IMG/VR virus record: IMGVR_UViG_3300044213_000107
Location: 124,001-188,000 of that record
DNA: 64,000 nt
Strand: one strand, 5' to 3'
A program made the translations under genes and the position numbers. This document shows, piece by piece, positions 19,328-28,025 of the stretch. The notes under the pieces are model-generated. The model ran no database searches, had not been told where the DNA came from, and saw nothing but the letters and a program-made list of their open reading frames with translations. Every line of letters begins with the position of its first letter. The first letter of the stretch is position 1.

Positions 19328-20326
19328 TTAGTCAGAATTTTGCAAGGGCTTGATCTTAAAATTGGACTTGGGTAAATGCCCTTGCATAGGCAGTCTAGCA
19401 TCTAATTTGTCAGGAGTTAAATAAAATCCGCATTGATTACAGGTATTCTCGGGCAATCTTTGTGTTTCAAACCAAGCATCTATTTCATTATCTTGGGAGT
19501 TAATGCCCACCGTTTTATAATCTGTGTAATAAGGTGCCCAGTCAGGATCTTCTGTTAAGTTATAACGCTCAAGTGTATCACCTATAGTTGCACGTACTGG
19601 ACATTTGTAAACATCTCCACGATAAATTTGTACATAGTTTTTAATATGACACATTGAATGATTTTGATTTTTTGCTTCTGTGTCAGTGTAAGGCCAAACA
19701 GGTTTTAAGGTGCTTCCGTATCCAGTATAATGCGGCACAAAAGGACTGTCGTGTTGAGCAGTTAAATTTAAAATAACATAATGATTATCATCGTTGGGCT
19801 TGCTCAGTATACTAAATTTTTTATAATCAGCATCCCAGGGTATATCTGTTTTCCAATACCAACCTTTTCCAGGCCATTTTGCTTCGTACGCGGCTATGAT
19901 CATGTCTTTTAATTTGGCATAGTTTGTAACTACTAAACTACTATATGGTTCAATATCACTGTGTTTAGTAACACTTAATGCCATGTTAACACCATTAGGA
20001 TCAACAAAACATTCATCAATTCGATCAAACAATTTTTCTAAATAATAGCCATTTGTATTAACCCATACATGACCATTTCGTGGCCATGTACGACGTGCGG
20101 CCAAATACCAATCTACCACCTGCGGATGCATCAGTGGTTCACCACCAAAGAGATTAACACGCTCAGGATTAATTCGTTTGCCCCAGAACGCCAACCACTC
20201 TTCAGCATCTTCTAATCGTACAGTGCCTTTTACACGATCATGATCACTAAATGTGCAACACCCTTCACATGCCAATTGGCAACTGCGTATAATAACTAAG
20301 TCTAAATGTTTTACTGGATGCTTCAT
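19328..20326 (-). CDS. Radical SAM protein with a C-terminal SPASM/twitch-like region
   Basis: CQLACEGC, FGGEPL, NTNG, C..YKCP..CNQC; start reset to MKHPV (ATGA overlap). Confidence 0.9.
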   Translation of the reverse strand: MKHPVKHLDLVIIRSCQLACEGCCTFSDHDRVKGTVRLEDAEEWLAFWGKRINPERVNLFGGEPLMHPQVVDWYLAARRTWPRNGHVWVNTNGYYLEKLFDRIDECFVDPNGVNMALSVTKHSDIEPYSSLVVTNYAKLKDMIIAAYEAKWPGKGWYWKTDIPWDADYKKFSILSKPNDDNHYVILNLTAQHDSPFVPHYTGYGSTLKPVWPYTDTEAKNQNHSMCHIKNYVQIYRGDVYKCPVRATIGDTLERYNLTEDPDWAPYYTDYKTVGINSQDNEIDAWFETQRLPENTCNQCGFYLTPDKLDARLPMQGHLPKSNFKIKPLQNSD

Positions 20327-21033
20327 GCGGTTAGATAATATAATTGTACACGTTTCAACCACTCGTCTGACCAGTGTTTAAATTCTTCTGTGTCTACCAC
20401 AAACTCTAGATATTCAGGAGTTGAATACGATCCATCTTCTAGTTGTTTAGGTTGTACACACATCATAATAACACCTTGGTCGATGTTGGTACCGTGTGTT
20501 TCGTTGTGTGCGGCTGCATAGGCTGCTAGTTGTAAAAAGTAATCGCCGATGTATTCACGCCGTTTAACTTTGTTACTTTGCTTGAAGTCTATGATCGCAG
20601 GACGACCTTTGTATACACCAATGCAGTCTGTGGTGCCGGCGTATAGTCCCGAATAATACACAGGAACTTCAACACCCCAGAATTCACTGACATTTTCTAG
20701 TCCTTGTAGAATAACCTGTGCAGCCATAAACCACGACGGGTGGGCATAAGGATTTGAAGGGAACTGCATCATCTGCTCACTTAGTATATACTGTTCTAAG
20801 TAGGCATGCATTCGTGTTCCACGATTTGCGGCTTCTGTGACAATTTGTTGTGCACGTTGTTCTCCCACAGCCTTTTTCCAATTGGCCAATGCTTGCCGAG
20901 ATTCTTCACTTTTGGTTTTATCTAAGATTGTTGTTACAGACGGAACTTTACTGCCATCTGGCAAACAATAATGTCTTTTACCCTCTATAGTTGTTCTACT
21001 AAGAGGGGCATAATTATATGGAGATTTTATCAT
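20323..21033 (-). CDS. PD-(D/E)XK exonuclease (Cas4/MGME1-like)
   Basis: PSVTTIL, RGTRMH, YAGTTDC, IIDFKQS, QLAAYA. Confidence 0.88.
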   Translation of the reverse strand: MIKSPYNYAPLSRTTIEGKRHYCLPDGSKVPSVTTILDKTKSEESRQALANWKKAVGEQRAQQIVTEAANRGTRMHAYLEQYILSEQMMQFPSNPYAHPSWFMAAQVILQGLENVSEFWGVEVPVYYSGLYAGTTDCIGVYKGRPAIIDFKQSNKVKRREYIGDYFLQLAAYAAAHNETHGTNIDQGVIMMCVQPKQLEDGSYSTPEYLEFVVDTEEFKHWSDEWLKRVQLYYLTA

Positions 21034-21036
21034 TCT

Positions 21037-21357
21037 TTATATTCGGAAACTTTGACCGCAACCGCATTTATCACGTTCATTTGGATTTTGAAATTCAAAG
21101 CCTTCATTTAGGCCATTTTTAACATAGTCTACAGTCATGCCTTGTAAGTATACACAACTTTTTGGATCTACAAATATTTTACAACCTGCACAGTCGATAA
21201 CTTGATCTTCAACAGTGGGTGTATCTACATATTCGAACACATACGCAAGACCACTACAACCAGTTGTTTTTACACCTAGCCGAATACCTTCACCATGTCC
21301 TCGGCGACTAATAACTTGTTTAATTTTACTGGCAGCGGTATCAGTTAATGTTATCAT
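21037..21357 (-). CDS. iscA: A-type Fe-S carrier IscA
   Basis: MITLTDTAA, GCSGLAY, F.NPNE..KCGCGQSF. Confidence 0.95.
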   Translation of the reverse strand: MITLTDTAASKIKQVISRRGHGEGIRLGVKTTGCSGLAYVFEYVDTPTVEDQVIDCAGCKIFVDPKSCVYLQGMTVDYVKNGLNEGFEFQNPNERDKCGCGQSFRI

Positions 21358-21740
21358 GTTTCTTTTTATAATCTTCTACTGCAGCTTTAATAGCGTCTTC
21401 GGCTAGAATTGAACAATGGATCTTTACTGGTGGTAGCGCAAGTTCTTGAGCGATATCTGAATTTTTGATCTGTGTTGCCTTATCAATGTGCATACCTTTG
21501 ACCCATTCGGTAATCAATGAACTTGATGCGATTGCACTGCCGCATCCATAGGTTTTAAATCTCGCATCTGTTATTGTTCCAGTTGCAGAGTCAACCTTAA
21601 TTTGGAGTCTCATTACATCTCCGTTAACCGCAAGCTGGGGCACCGACTAAGCCGGTCCCAACTTGCGCATCTCCTTTATCAAAAGTTCCCACATTACGTG
21701 GATTTTCAAAATGATCTATTACATCTTTACTGTAAGCCAT
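21341..21740 (-). CDS. iscU: Fe-S scaffold IscU interrupted by 7 extra nt (in-frame TAA plus frameshift) at APAC-G|D; recoded, split or pseudogene
   Basis: MAYSKDVIDHFENPRNVGTFDKGDAQVGTGLVGAPACG* (21740-21624), then GDVMRLQIK...GCGSAIAS...PPVKIHCS in the +1 frame. Confidence 0.9.
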
Positions 21741-21801
21741 AACTATCTCCCGTGTGAAATGTAGTATATAATATTTACATACTACAAGTCAAAATTTTTG
21801 A

Positions 21802-22248
21802 TTAACTAGCGGCTGCACGGCTGGCCATTGCAGCTACCGTTTTGTTTTCTTTATCAGCATCACCTAAACCAGCATTGGCAGCATCTAAATCTGATCCTGT
21901 TTCTGTTGGTTCATCTTCATATGGTTCCAAATATACATATTCTTCACCGTTTTCATCTGGTTCAATATTTTTGATTAGGTTTTTAACCGTATCATTTTGA
22001 CTATATGCATCTTTAAGCACTCGAGCATTGAACATTTCCGCGCCGGCATTACGAACTTGGTTAATAAGAGTTTTAACACTAACACGTGGAACACTATGGC
22101 CCATTTCGTTTGCACGATTTTGTAAGTATACCAATTGATCAACTAATATATTATCACCGCGCACATCAGCATGATCTTCAATACCATCAGTGTCATCTAG
22201 GCCAAGACCCAGATCATCGTCTTCAACAATAAAGTCGCGTGCTCTCAT
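21802..22248 (-). CDS. Acidic hypothetical protein, possible head-internal protein
   Basis: N-terminus MRARDFIVE. Confidence 0.7.
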   Translation of the reverse strand: MRARDFIVEDDDLGLGLDDTDGIEDHADVRGDNILVDQLVYLQNRANEMGHSVPRVSVKTLINQVRNAGAEMFNARVLKDAYSQNDTVKNLIKNIEPDENGEEYVYLEPYEDEPTETGSDLDAANAGLGDADKENKTVAAMASRAAAS

Positions 22249-22946
22249 TAGCGTTTGTCTCTTCCTAATTCTGCAGTCCCGCCTGCAGCAGCATCTGTTG
22301 CGGCAAATTCGTCTGAATCTAAATCACTGCCCATGTCCATGCCTTGATCTGCAGCACCTGGTACTGGACCTAGATCTGGAGCTGCGGGTTCGCCGCCCAT
22401 TGCCATTGGTTGTCCAACTTGTTCGCCAGCTAACGATCTAGCAGCTGTATCGGCTGCATCACGACCCGAATTCATGGCCTGATACAGAGTATCTAGTGTA
22501 GGACGAATAGCCGTTTTAAATGCTTCAGCTTGATCGGCACTGATCTGATCACGTATGGTATCAACCAATGCAGGAACTTGTTCGTTCTGCATTTTGCTGA
22601 GTTTTTCTATCATGTCTTGTATGGTGTCAACAATGTCTTTGGCTGCTAAAACTGCTTGGCTCTTGCCCATTTCACTTTCGGCAATCATTTGTTGACGATT
22701 ATCTATCATCCAGCGATGTAGATTTTCACGTACCATTAATAGTTCCATGTACTGGGGATTACGTTCTGCGGTATGTATACCATGTGTATGTTTGATTTTT
22801 TCTAGGCTTTCACTGAGATTTCTAGCTAAACTGTATGCTTTCTTAAAGCTCAAATTTGTATAATCAATAGCAAAACCAAAGCGGCTTTCCATGACTTTGT
22901 TGGCTTTTTTAGCATTAAACTTTGTGTTCATTTCTGATAATTTCAT
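22248..22946 (-). CDS. Helical hypothetical protein (head core/scaffold-like)
   Basis: Start reset to MKLSEM (ATGA overlap); acidic/Pro-rich tail. Confidence 0.7.
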   Translation of the reverse strand: MKLSEMNTKFNAKKANKVMESRFGFAIDYTNLSFKKAYSLARNLSESLEKIKHTHGIHTAERNPQYMELLMVRENLHRWMIDNRQQMIAESEMGKSQAVLAAKDIVDTIQDMIEKLSKMQNEQVPALVDTIRDQISADQAEAFKTAIRPTLDTLYQAMNSGRDAADTAARSLAGEQVGQPMAMGGEPAAPDLGPVPGAADQGMDMGSDLDSDEFAATDAAAGGTAELGRDKR

Positions 22947-23488
22947 GACGGTTCGTCCCATATTTTATAGTATTTAGCCAATCTCAAACTTTTCTCTAGT
23001 AGAGATTTTGCAGTATCCAATTGGAGTTGATGCTCAATTAATTTATTATTTAACACATCTACCTTGAAATAATCCTTTTTCTTTCGAGCACGTTCAATAG
23101 TTTTAATGGTGCACAACATGTTTGATTGTGCTCTATGTACCAATGTGTCGTTGTTAGATATGTCTCTAGCTAGATTATAATATCTTTTTATATCACACAA
23201 ACAATAATAAATTGCAGATTGTTTATTATTAAAATTTTTAACAACATCTCCATTATGATGATGAACTGACCATAATAAACTTTCTTTAGATTTTTGTATT
23301 TTATAATGGCCAACTAAAAACCCGTGATTATTAATTGGTATAACCACGGGTTGTTTTGCATATTTGTTTAATTGTTGTTGTGTCCAGCGTTTTATATAGG
23401 TTGTTGCTAAATCTATAGATAAATCTTTTACTAAATCTTTTGCGACTTTATTATATCTTTTTTCTGTAATTGATGTGCCCGTTTTCAT
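22943..23488 (-). CDS. Hypothetical protein
   Basis: 181-aa ORF. Confidence 0.7.
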   Translation of the reverse strand: MKTGTSITEKRYNKVAKDLVKDLSIDLATTYIKRWTQQQLNKYAKQPVVIPINNHGFLVGHYKIQKSKESLLWSVHHHNGDVVKNFNNKQSAIYYCLCDIKRYYNLARDISNNDTLVHRAQSNMLCTIKTIERARKKKDYFKVDVLNNKLIEHQLQLDTAKSLLEKSLRLAKYYKIWDEPS

Positions 23489-23657
23489 GTCGTCTGTATA
23501 GTACGTCTTTATTGACTAATTGATTTGCTATTACTTGTTCTCGTTCTGACAATTTAAGTTTATCAATTATGGGTGATTCTTCAAACTTACCTAGTACATC
23601 TGCTTCTTCATTGGTAATAGGTAGTTGTAATTTATTTAATAGTTCTACTATTTTCAT
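23451..23657 (-). CDS. Hypothetical late protein
   Basis: 68 aa with TAAATA 5 nt upstream of the ATG. Confidence 0.7.
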   Translation of the reverse strand: MKIVELLNKLQLPITNEEADVLGKFEESPIIDKLKLSEREQVIANQLVNKDVLYRRHENGHINYRKKI

Positions 23658-23661
23658 ATTT

Positions 23662-23922
23662 TTATTTAGTGGCTATGTGAACACCTAAAGTAATTAATCC
23701 TGTTATTAATACACCTATAATAGTAGTTCCGATTGCTACCAATGTTTTATATTGTCCGCTGTCGGCCGCAGATAAAGTATTTTTAATATCAACTAAATGA
23801 TCTTCAACTTTATCCATTCTTTCTTCAAGATTGCAAAGTTTTGTTTCCAAGTTACTATACCTTTCAGCGCATAACTCAACGTGCGCCTCTAGGCTTTTCT
23901 TTTCAATGTCTGTACCGGCCAT
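23662..23922 (-). CDS. Coiled-coil protein with C-terminal TM (holin/XhlA-like topology)
   Basis: Start reset to MAGTD (AGGAA RBS); heptads followed by one hydrophobic helix. Confidence 0.65.
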   Translation of the reverse strand: MAGTDIEKKSLEAHVELCAERYSNLETKLCNLEERMDKVEDHLVDIKNTLSAADSGQYKTLVAIGTTIIGVLITGLITLGVHIATK

Positions 23923-23949
23923 TTTCCTGTATCTTTCTATAGTGGGCAA

Positions 23950-24017
23950 GATGCTGTCTAAATAGTATGCCTTAATAATGTGCCGTAAAGAGTGAGCCTA
24001 AGTGGTGCCTGAGCATC
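23950..24017 (-). ncRNA. Candidate structured leader/small RNA with four GGC(A/U) repeats in a closing stem
   Basis: GAUGCU...AGCAUC stem enclosing UCAGGCAC, UUAGGCUC, UUACGGCAC and UUAAGGCAU; TAAATA just upstream. Confidence 0.4.
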
Positions 24018-24456
24018 AAATACTATTTAAGTCAAAGTGTCCAGGTTTAAAGTATGTATTTTTTATAGCACCATGGCAATAAAATATTGGCAACATAAAA
24101 CGTGCAGTTTCTTCCAGTCCTGTTATAACTGGAACTTGATTAAAATCTTCATGCAATAATGCTAAAGAGTCATTGTCTTTTAAATAAACATCTGCGTGTT
24201 CTATAGCAAAACTCCATACCCATACACGATGCTCACCAGCATACATTTCGCCAAACCCGCTATCAGCGTCTAGCTCAAATATATTATTAACAGGTTCGTT
24301 TAATATAACAGGTTGTGCACGTAGACTAACTGCTTGTATCGCAGTTTCCCAGTTACGTTGTTGATTGCGTGCAAGTATGTCGCCATTGTTTCGTGTGACT
24401 CCTGTGGCAGTTATATCCACTAAAGTAAATCCTGTATAAAACTGTAAGGTAGTCAT
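24016..24456 (-). CDS. Hypothetical late/virion protein
   Basis: Start reset to MTTLQ, 5 nt after TAAATA; TLVDITATG. Confidence 0.7.
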   Translation of the reverse strand: MTTLQFYTGFTLVDITATGVTRNNGDILARNQQRNWETAIQAVSLRAQPVILNEPVNNIFELDADSGFGEMYAGEHRVWVWSFAIEHADVYLKDNDSLALLHEDFNQVPVITGLEETARFMLPIFYCHGAIKNTYFKPGHFDLNSI

Positions 24457-24522
24457 GCAAGTATTTAGCGGCCAAGAAAAAAGGCACAAAAATGTGCCTT
24501 CTTTGTTGCGTACAATTAACTA

Positions 24523-24930
24523 TTAAGCTAGTTTGAAACCGCTTGTTGTAACTGTAACACCAGGACCTGCCCAAACGTTACCTGCAACGCCAATATTAGC
24601 GCCTACTGCAGCAATACGTGTAGCAATAGTTGTAGCTATTGGAGTAGCTGCACCTGTAGCTTCTAACATAACGCTCAATTGTGTACCATCATTTTGATAC
24701 ATAACGATTGTGCTGTCTTGGCCGATAAGACGTAAAATTGTCTCAACTGCACCACCAACTGCGCTTTCACCTGTAAAGCTTTGTGTGTTGCCTGGAACGA
24801 TCTTTAGGAACGTTGGGGCTTTTGTATTACCGCTATTTACAACGATACCAGCAGCTGTTCCGTGAACGCCTGTGTCTACATCTACTACGCCGGCTACATC
24901 GCCGTTAACTCTGATTTGTCCGATTGCCAT
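24523..24930 (-). CDS. Small Gly/Ala/Thr-rich virion protein
   Basis: Strong AAGGAG RBS, late promoter and a GUAA-tetraloop leader hairpin. Confidence 0.7.
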   Translation of the reverse strand: MAIGQIRVNGDVAGVVDVDTGVHGTAAGIVVNSGNTKAPTFLKIVPGNTQSFTGESAVGGAVETILRLIGQDSTIVMYQNDGTQLSVMLEATGAATPIATTIATRIAAVGANIGVAGNVWAGPGVTVTTSGFKLA

Positions 24931-24990
24931 TTTATTTCTCCTTAAATGTGTGCGTTACCGCATGTAAATATTTATCATCTTGTACAAAAA

Positions 24991-26943
24991 TCAAGGATTG
25001 TGTGCAAAGTTGGCTGCACTAAAAACTCCCCGATTAACTAGTTTTATTTGTCCAGCTGGAGTATTTACCACAAAACCTTCGCCTTCGGGTTTTCCGTTAA
25101 CCTGTTGATGTATACCAACAACTTGTCGGTTTAACTGTTGAACAAGATTTTCTTTTAATTGATATATTGCTGACCAAATTGATAATACCGCCATAGCCCC
25201 AGCGGACTGATATTTTACATAACCTGCTGCAGTTTCGTGTCCATTATTCTGCAACCAAGGCAATAAATCTTCTTGTGCTTGGCCGGTAATGCGTTTATTT
25301 GTATAGGTTTTTATCGCTTGTATAGTGTCAGTATCAGCAGATTTTAAGAATCCGTTAGCAGCCGAACCGTGTGTTTTAATTGCAGCCGCGGTGGCTTTTA
25401 ACAATTGCACAGGCTCATTTACACGGAATCGCAGGCCTGCGTTTGCAGTAAGTATTGCAACAGAATCATTCTTATTAAGGCCTTGCCCATTCCAAGGAAC
25501 TGACTTACTGCCGGGTTCGGCAAAATATTGATGTACAACTACTCCACCTGTGTGCGTGGCTATTTGTTTACCTAATGGACTATTAGCATCTACACTATAT
25601 TCTACTGTGTTAGGACGAAAATGATATTGTCCATTTGTGGGCGTTAATGCGCCGGCCCACAACAGATCACCCCAAAAATATCCTGGATTATTGCCAACTG
25701 CAGCTTCGAGGCCGGGCCATATGTGTCCTAATTTACGATATAAATCAGGTCTTAGATGCGCAGAAGATTTTTGTTGATCGTACTGTTCCCAGGCTCGTGG
25801 ACTATCTGCAAGTACACCCTTGTCAAACATGTACTTGTCGCTAACAGACAATTTTCCGTTGGCATCACGACCAAATACTAGTGCAGGTTTTCCGTCCCAT
25901 TTAATAGTAATACGATTTGGTTCTTGGACTGTTAACATTAATTCTTTTAATGCAGTAGTTGCAGAATCTACTCCTTCGAATATGCTGTCCTCGGGATGAG
26001 GGATTTCTCCGGGACGCATAATGCTTTCTATCATCTCACGAACTTGTCCGGCACGTGCTTGGCGTTCTGCAGCTTTGTGCGCTTTAAATTCGCTGGTTGT
26101 TACTTTAACCAAACGTCCATTAATGTTTAAAACTAAACCTTCAATGTTGGGTCCCAGTTTAAACTTGTCTAATATATTAGGATGCGTAAGTATGTACTCA
26201 GCTAGTTCATCTTTTACGGATTGTATAATTTGTTTTAAGTTTTCTTTTGCTGCTGCATCATCACGTTTACGACTTTGTAATGTAGCTGTAGCTTCAGGAC
26301 CGAGACTCATAATAGGATCAATAAAACCCGATATATCAATAGGACCTGCGGTTTTTAAATCAGCATTTACAAACTTTATGCTGTCATTGCTTTGTTTGAA
26401 CAAACTAACTAAAATAGCGTTAGAATCAGGATGCGATTCCCCAGTACTTGCAACCAGCACATCAAACGGCACTATAGTCATTACACGACCTAGTTTTTCT
26501 TGGTCGTAGTTAATGGTAACAAATTTAATGCCTTCACCGGATACCTCGCCCATGGGGTTATAAAATAATTCGCAGACTATTTTTGTATCAGGTGGTAGTG
26601 TTTGTACGAACTGTGATGAAGTTATTATACGCCATATTTCGTCATAATGCCCGGCACGCAATACAATCTCATCACTGCTACCGCGACTACGTGCATGTGC
26701 TGTAAATGCCCCAGGCTCAAATATAGGACCTGTACGTGATCCTTCAAAGAAAGGTCGACCATCGGAACTTACACCAAATCGTGCTCCAGCACCATCTACT
26801 TTTAAACTAACTTCTAGATTGCTGAGTTGTCCGTGTAGTGTTCGGCCAATGTGTTGAATAAACTGTACAAATTCGACATCGGGCATTTTCTGCAGATGCA
26901 GCATTCCTGTGCGAGCAGTTGTTTGCACTTCTTCATCGATCAT
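24991..26943 (-). CDS. Protein with two tandem ATP-dependent ligase/capping-type nucleotidyltransferase-like domains (DUF6267-like, from memory)
   Basis: LKVDG...CELF...PFDV...EGLVL..VKV and IKWDG...WGDLL...EGFVV..IKLV; the two KxDG motifs are 300 aa apart. Confidence 0.65.
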   Translation of the reverse strand: MIDEEVQTTARTGMLHLQKMPDVEFVQFIQHIGRTLHGQLSNLEVSLKVDGAGARFGVSSDGRPFFEGSRTGPIFEPGAFTAHARSRGSSDEIVLRAGHYDEIWRIITSSQFVQTLPPDTKIVCELFYNPMGEVSGEGIKFVTINYDQEKLGRVMTIVPFDVLVASTGESHPDSNAILVSLFKQSNDSIKFVNADLKTAGPIDISGFIDPIMSLGPEATATLQSRKRDDAAAKENLKQIIQSVKDELAEYILTHPNILDKFKLGPNIEGLVLNINGRLVKVTTSEFKAHKAAERQARAGQVREMIESIMRPGEIPHPEDSIFEGVDSATTALKELMLTVQEPNRITIKWDGKPALVFGRDANGKLSVSDKYMFDKGVLADSPRAWEQYDQQKSSAHLRPDLYRKLGHIWPGLEAAVGNNPGYFWGDLLWAGALTPTNGQYHFRPNTVEYSVDANSPLGKQIATHTGGVVVHQYFAEPGSKSVPWNGQGLNKNDSVAILTANAGLRFRVNEPVQLLKATAAAIKTHGSAANGFLKSADTDTIQAIKTYTNKRITGQAQEDLLPWLQNNGHETAAGYVKYQSAGAMAVLSIWSAIYQLKENLVQQLNRQVVGIHQQVNGKPEGEGFVVNTPAGQIKLVNRGVFSAANFAHNP

Positions 26944-28025
26944 TTTTTGTAGTAACTAGCGTGTAATTGTTGTATAGCAGCTTTATCATAAGGAACGGCT
27001 AATACACGTGTCATAAAGTTAAAGGCCGCAGTCTTTTCTTCATTGTCTCGTGTAGGATCATCTCGATAAAGTTCTTGCCCTTGTGGACCATATAATGTAT
27101 ATGCAAATCCTAGTATAACGCTGGCCTGTTGTTTGGCATTAAAATATTTTTTAACCAGTTCTAATGTTCCGACAAAACTCCAAAACTTGTTTACATCAGC
27201 AGGATCAAACTCATTGCCAAAGAATATGCGGCACATAGCCAACAAGTTTGTTTCGTATGTGCTTTCTTTAGTAGGAACTTCTTTAAACACAGGCAAGCCA
27301 TCTATTTCACGTTGTTGACCATTATCTACTACTGGTTTTAATTTATAGCGTAGGCCACGAGTTACTGCAAAAGCAAGATCAGTGGTTTTAACTTGTTTAG
27401 GTGTTTCTCGTTTGCCAGATAACACCACAACATCGCGCAGACTAGGTGTACTCAATGCTCGTAACAGGTATTTGTGGAATACACCTTTTACTCCCTGTTC
27501 TAGATCTTCCCAGGCACTGCTGTGACTAAAACGAGACCACTCAGTCGGTGCACCTTTTTCATATTGCACCTGCTCTAGATCAATCTGTACATTTTGGCCA
27601 AATTCTGTTAAATGCCATAGTGTAATAAACTGTTCAGCTGAAGTTTTATATCCAATGAATCTTGCTGGACCAATGGTTTTTCCTGCAGCAGAATCAAGGA
27701 ATTTTTGTATTGTTTCGGCGTTAGTTTCATCTACTTGTGTGTCTATGTCCCCGGCTTTGGTTTTCTTTGCACGTCTAAATGCATCGTCGGGCAACTCAAG
27801 ATTAAACCAATGTAAACTCGATCCACTTAAAAATTCTTGGCTCTTTAACAGTTTAGGATTCCATAGTGGATGTCCAGCAAATTTATGATATGCAGAATTT
27901 ACAGCGGCCAGTAATTGTTGTAACGTAGGTACCATTTGCTGACGTAGCTCAAGTTGCATTGCTTGTGCTTCTTGATCGCCAATTTGTACATTGCCACCTT
28001 CAATTAAAAATTCACGTGCTCTCAT
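26940..28025 (-). CDS. Pol-beta-superfamily nucleotidyltransferase-like protein
   Basis: LSGSS...AGDIDTQVD...VQIDL (GS, DxD and third Asp); N-terminus MRAREFLIE. Confidence 0.65.
   Translation of the reverse strand: MRAREFLIEGGNVQIGDQEAQAMQLELRQQMVPTLQQLLAAVNSAYHKFAGHPLWNPKLLKSQEFLSGSSLHWFNLELPDDAFRRAKKTKAGDIDTQVDETNAETIQKFLDSAAGKTIGPARFIGYKTSAEQFITLWHLTEFGQNVQIDLEQVQYEKGAPTEWSRFSHSSAWEDLEQGVKGVFHKYLLRALSTPSLRDVVVLSGKRETPKQVKTTDLAFAVTRGLRYKLKPVVDNGQQREIDGLPVFKEVPTKESTYETNLLAMCRIFFGNEFDPADVNKFWSFVGTLELVKKYFNAKQQASVILGFAYTLYGPQGQELYRDDPTRDNEEKTAAFNFMTRVLAVPYDKAAIQQLHASYYKK

Noticed and set aside
20323-21033. Cas4-like nuclease as a sign of CRISPR
   Set aside because: No repeat-spacer array or other cas gene is seen; stand-alone PD-(D/E)XK nucleases are common in large phages.
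26940-26943. Programmed frameshift fusing the NTase and dual-ligase ORFs (A-run before TGA)
   Set aside because: A simple ATGA overlap explains the junction and no stimulatory structure is evident; it cannot be fully excluded without homologue comparison.
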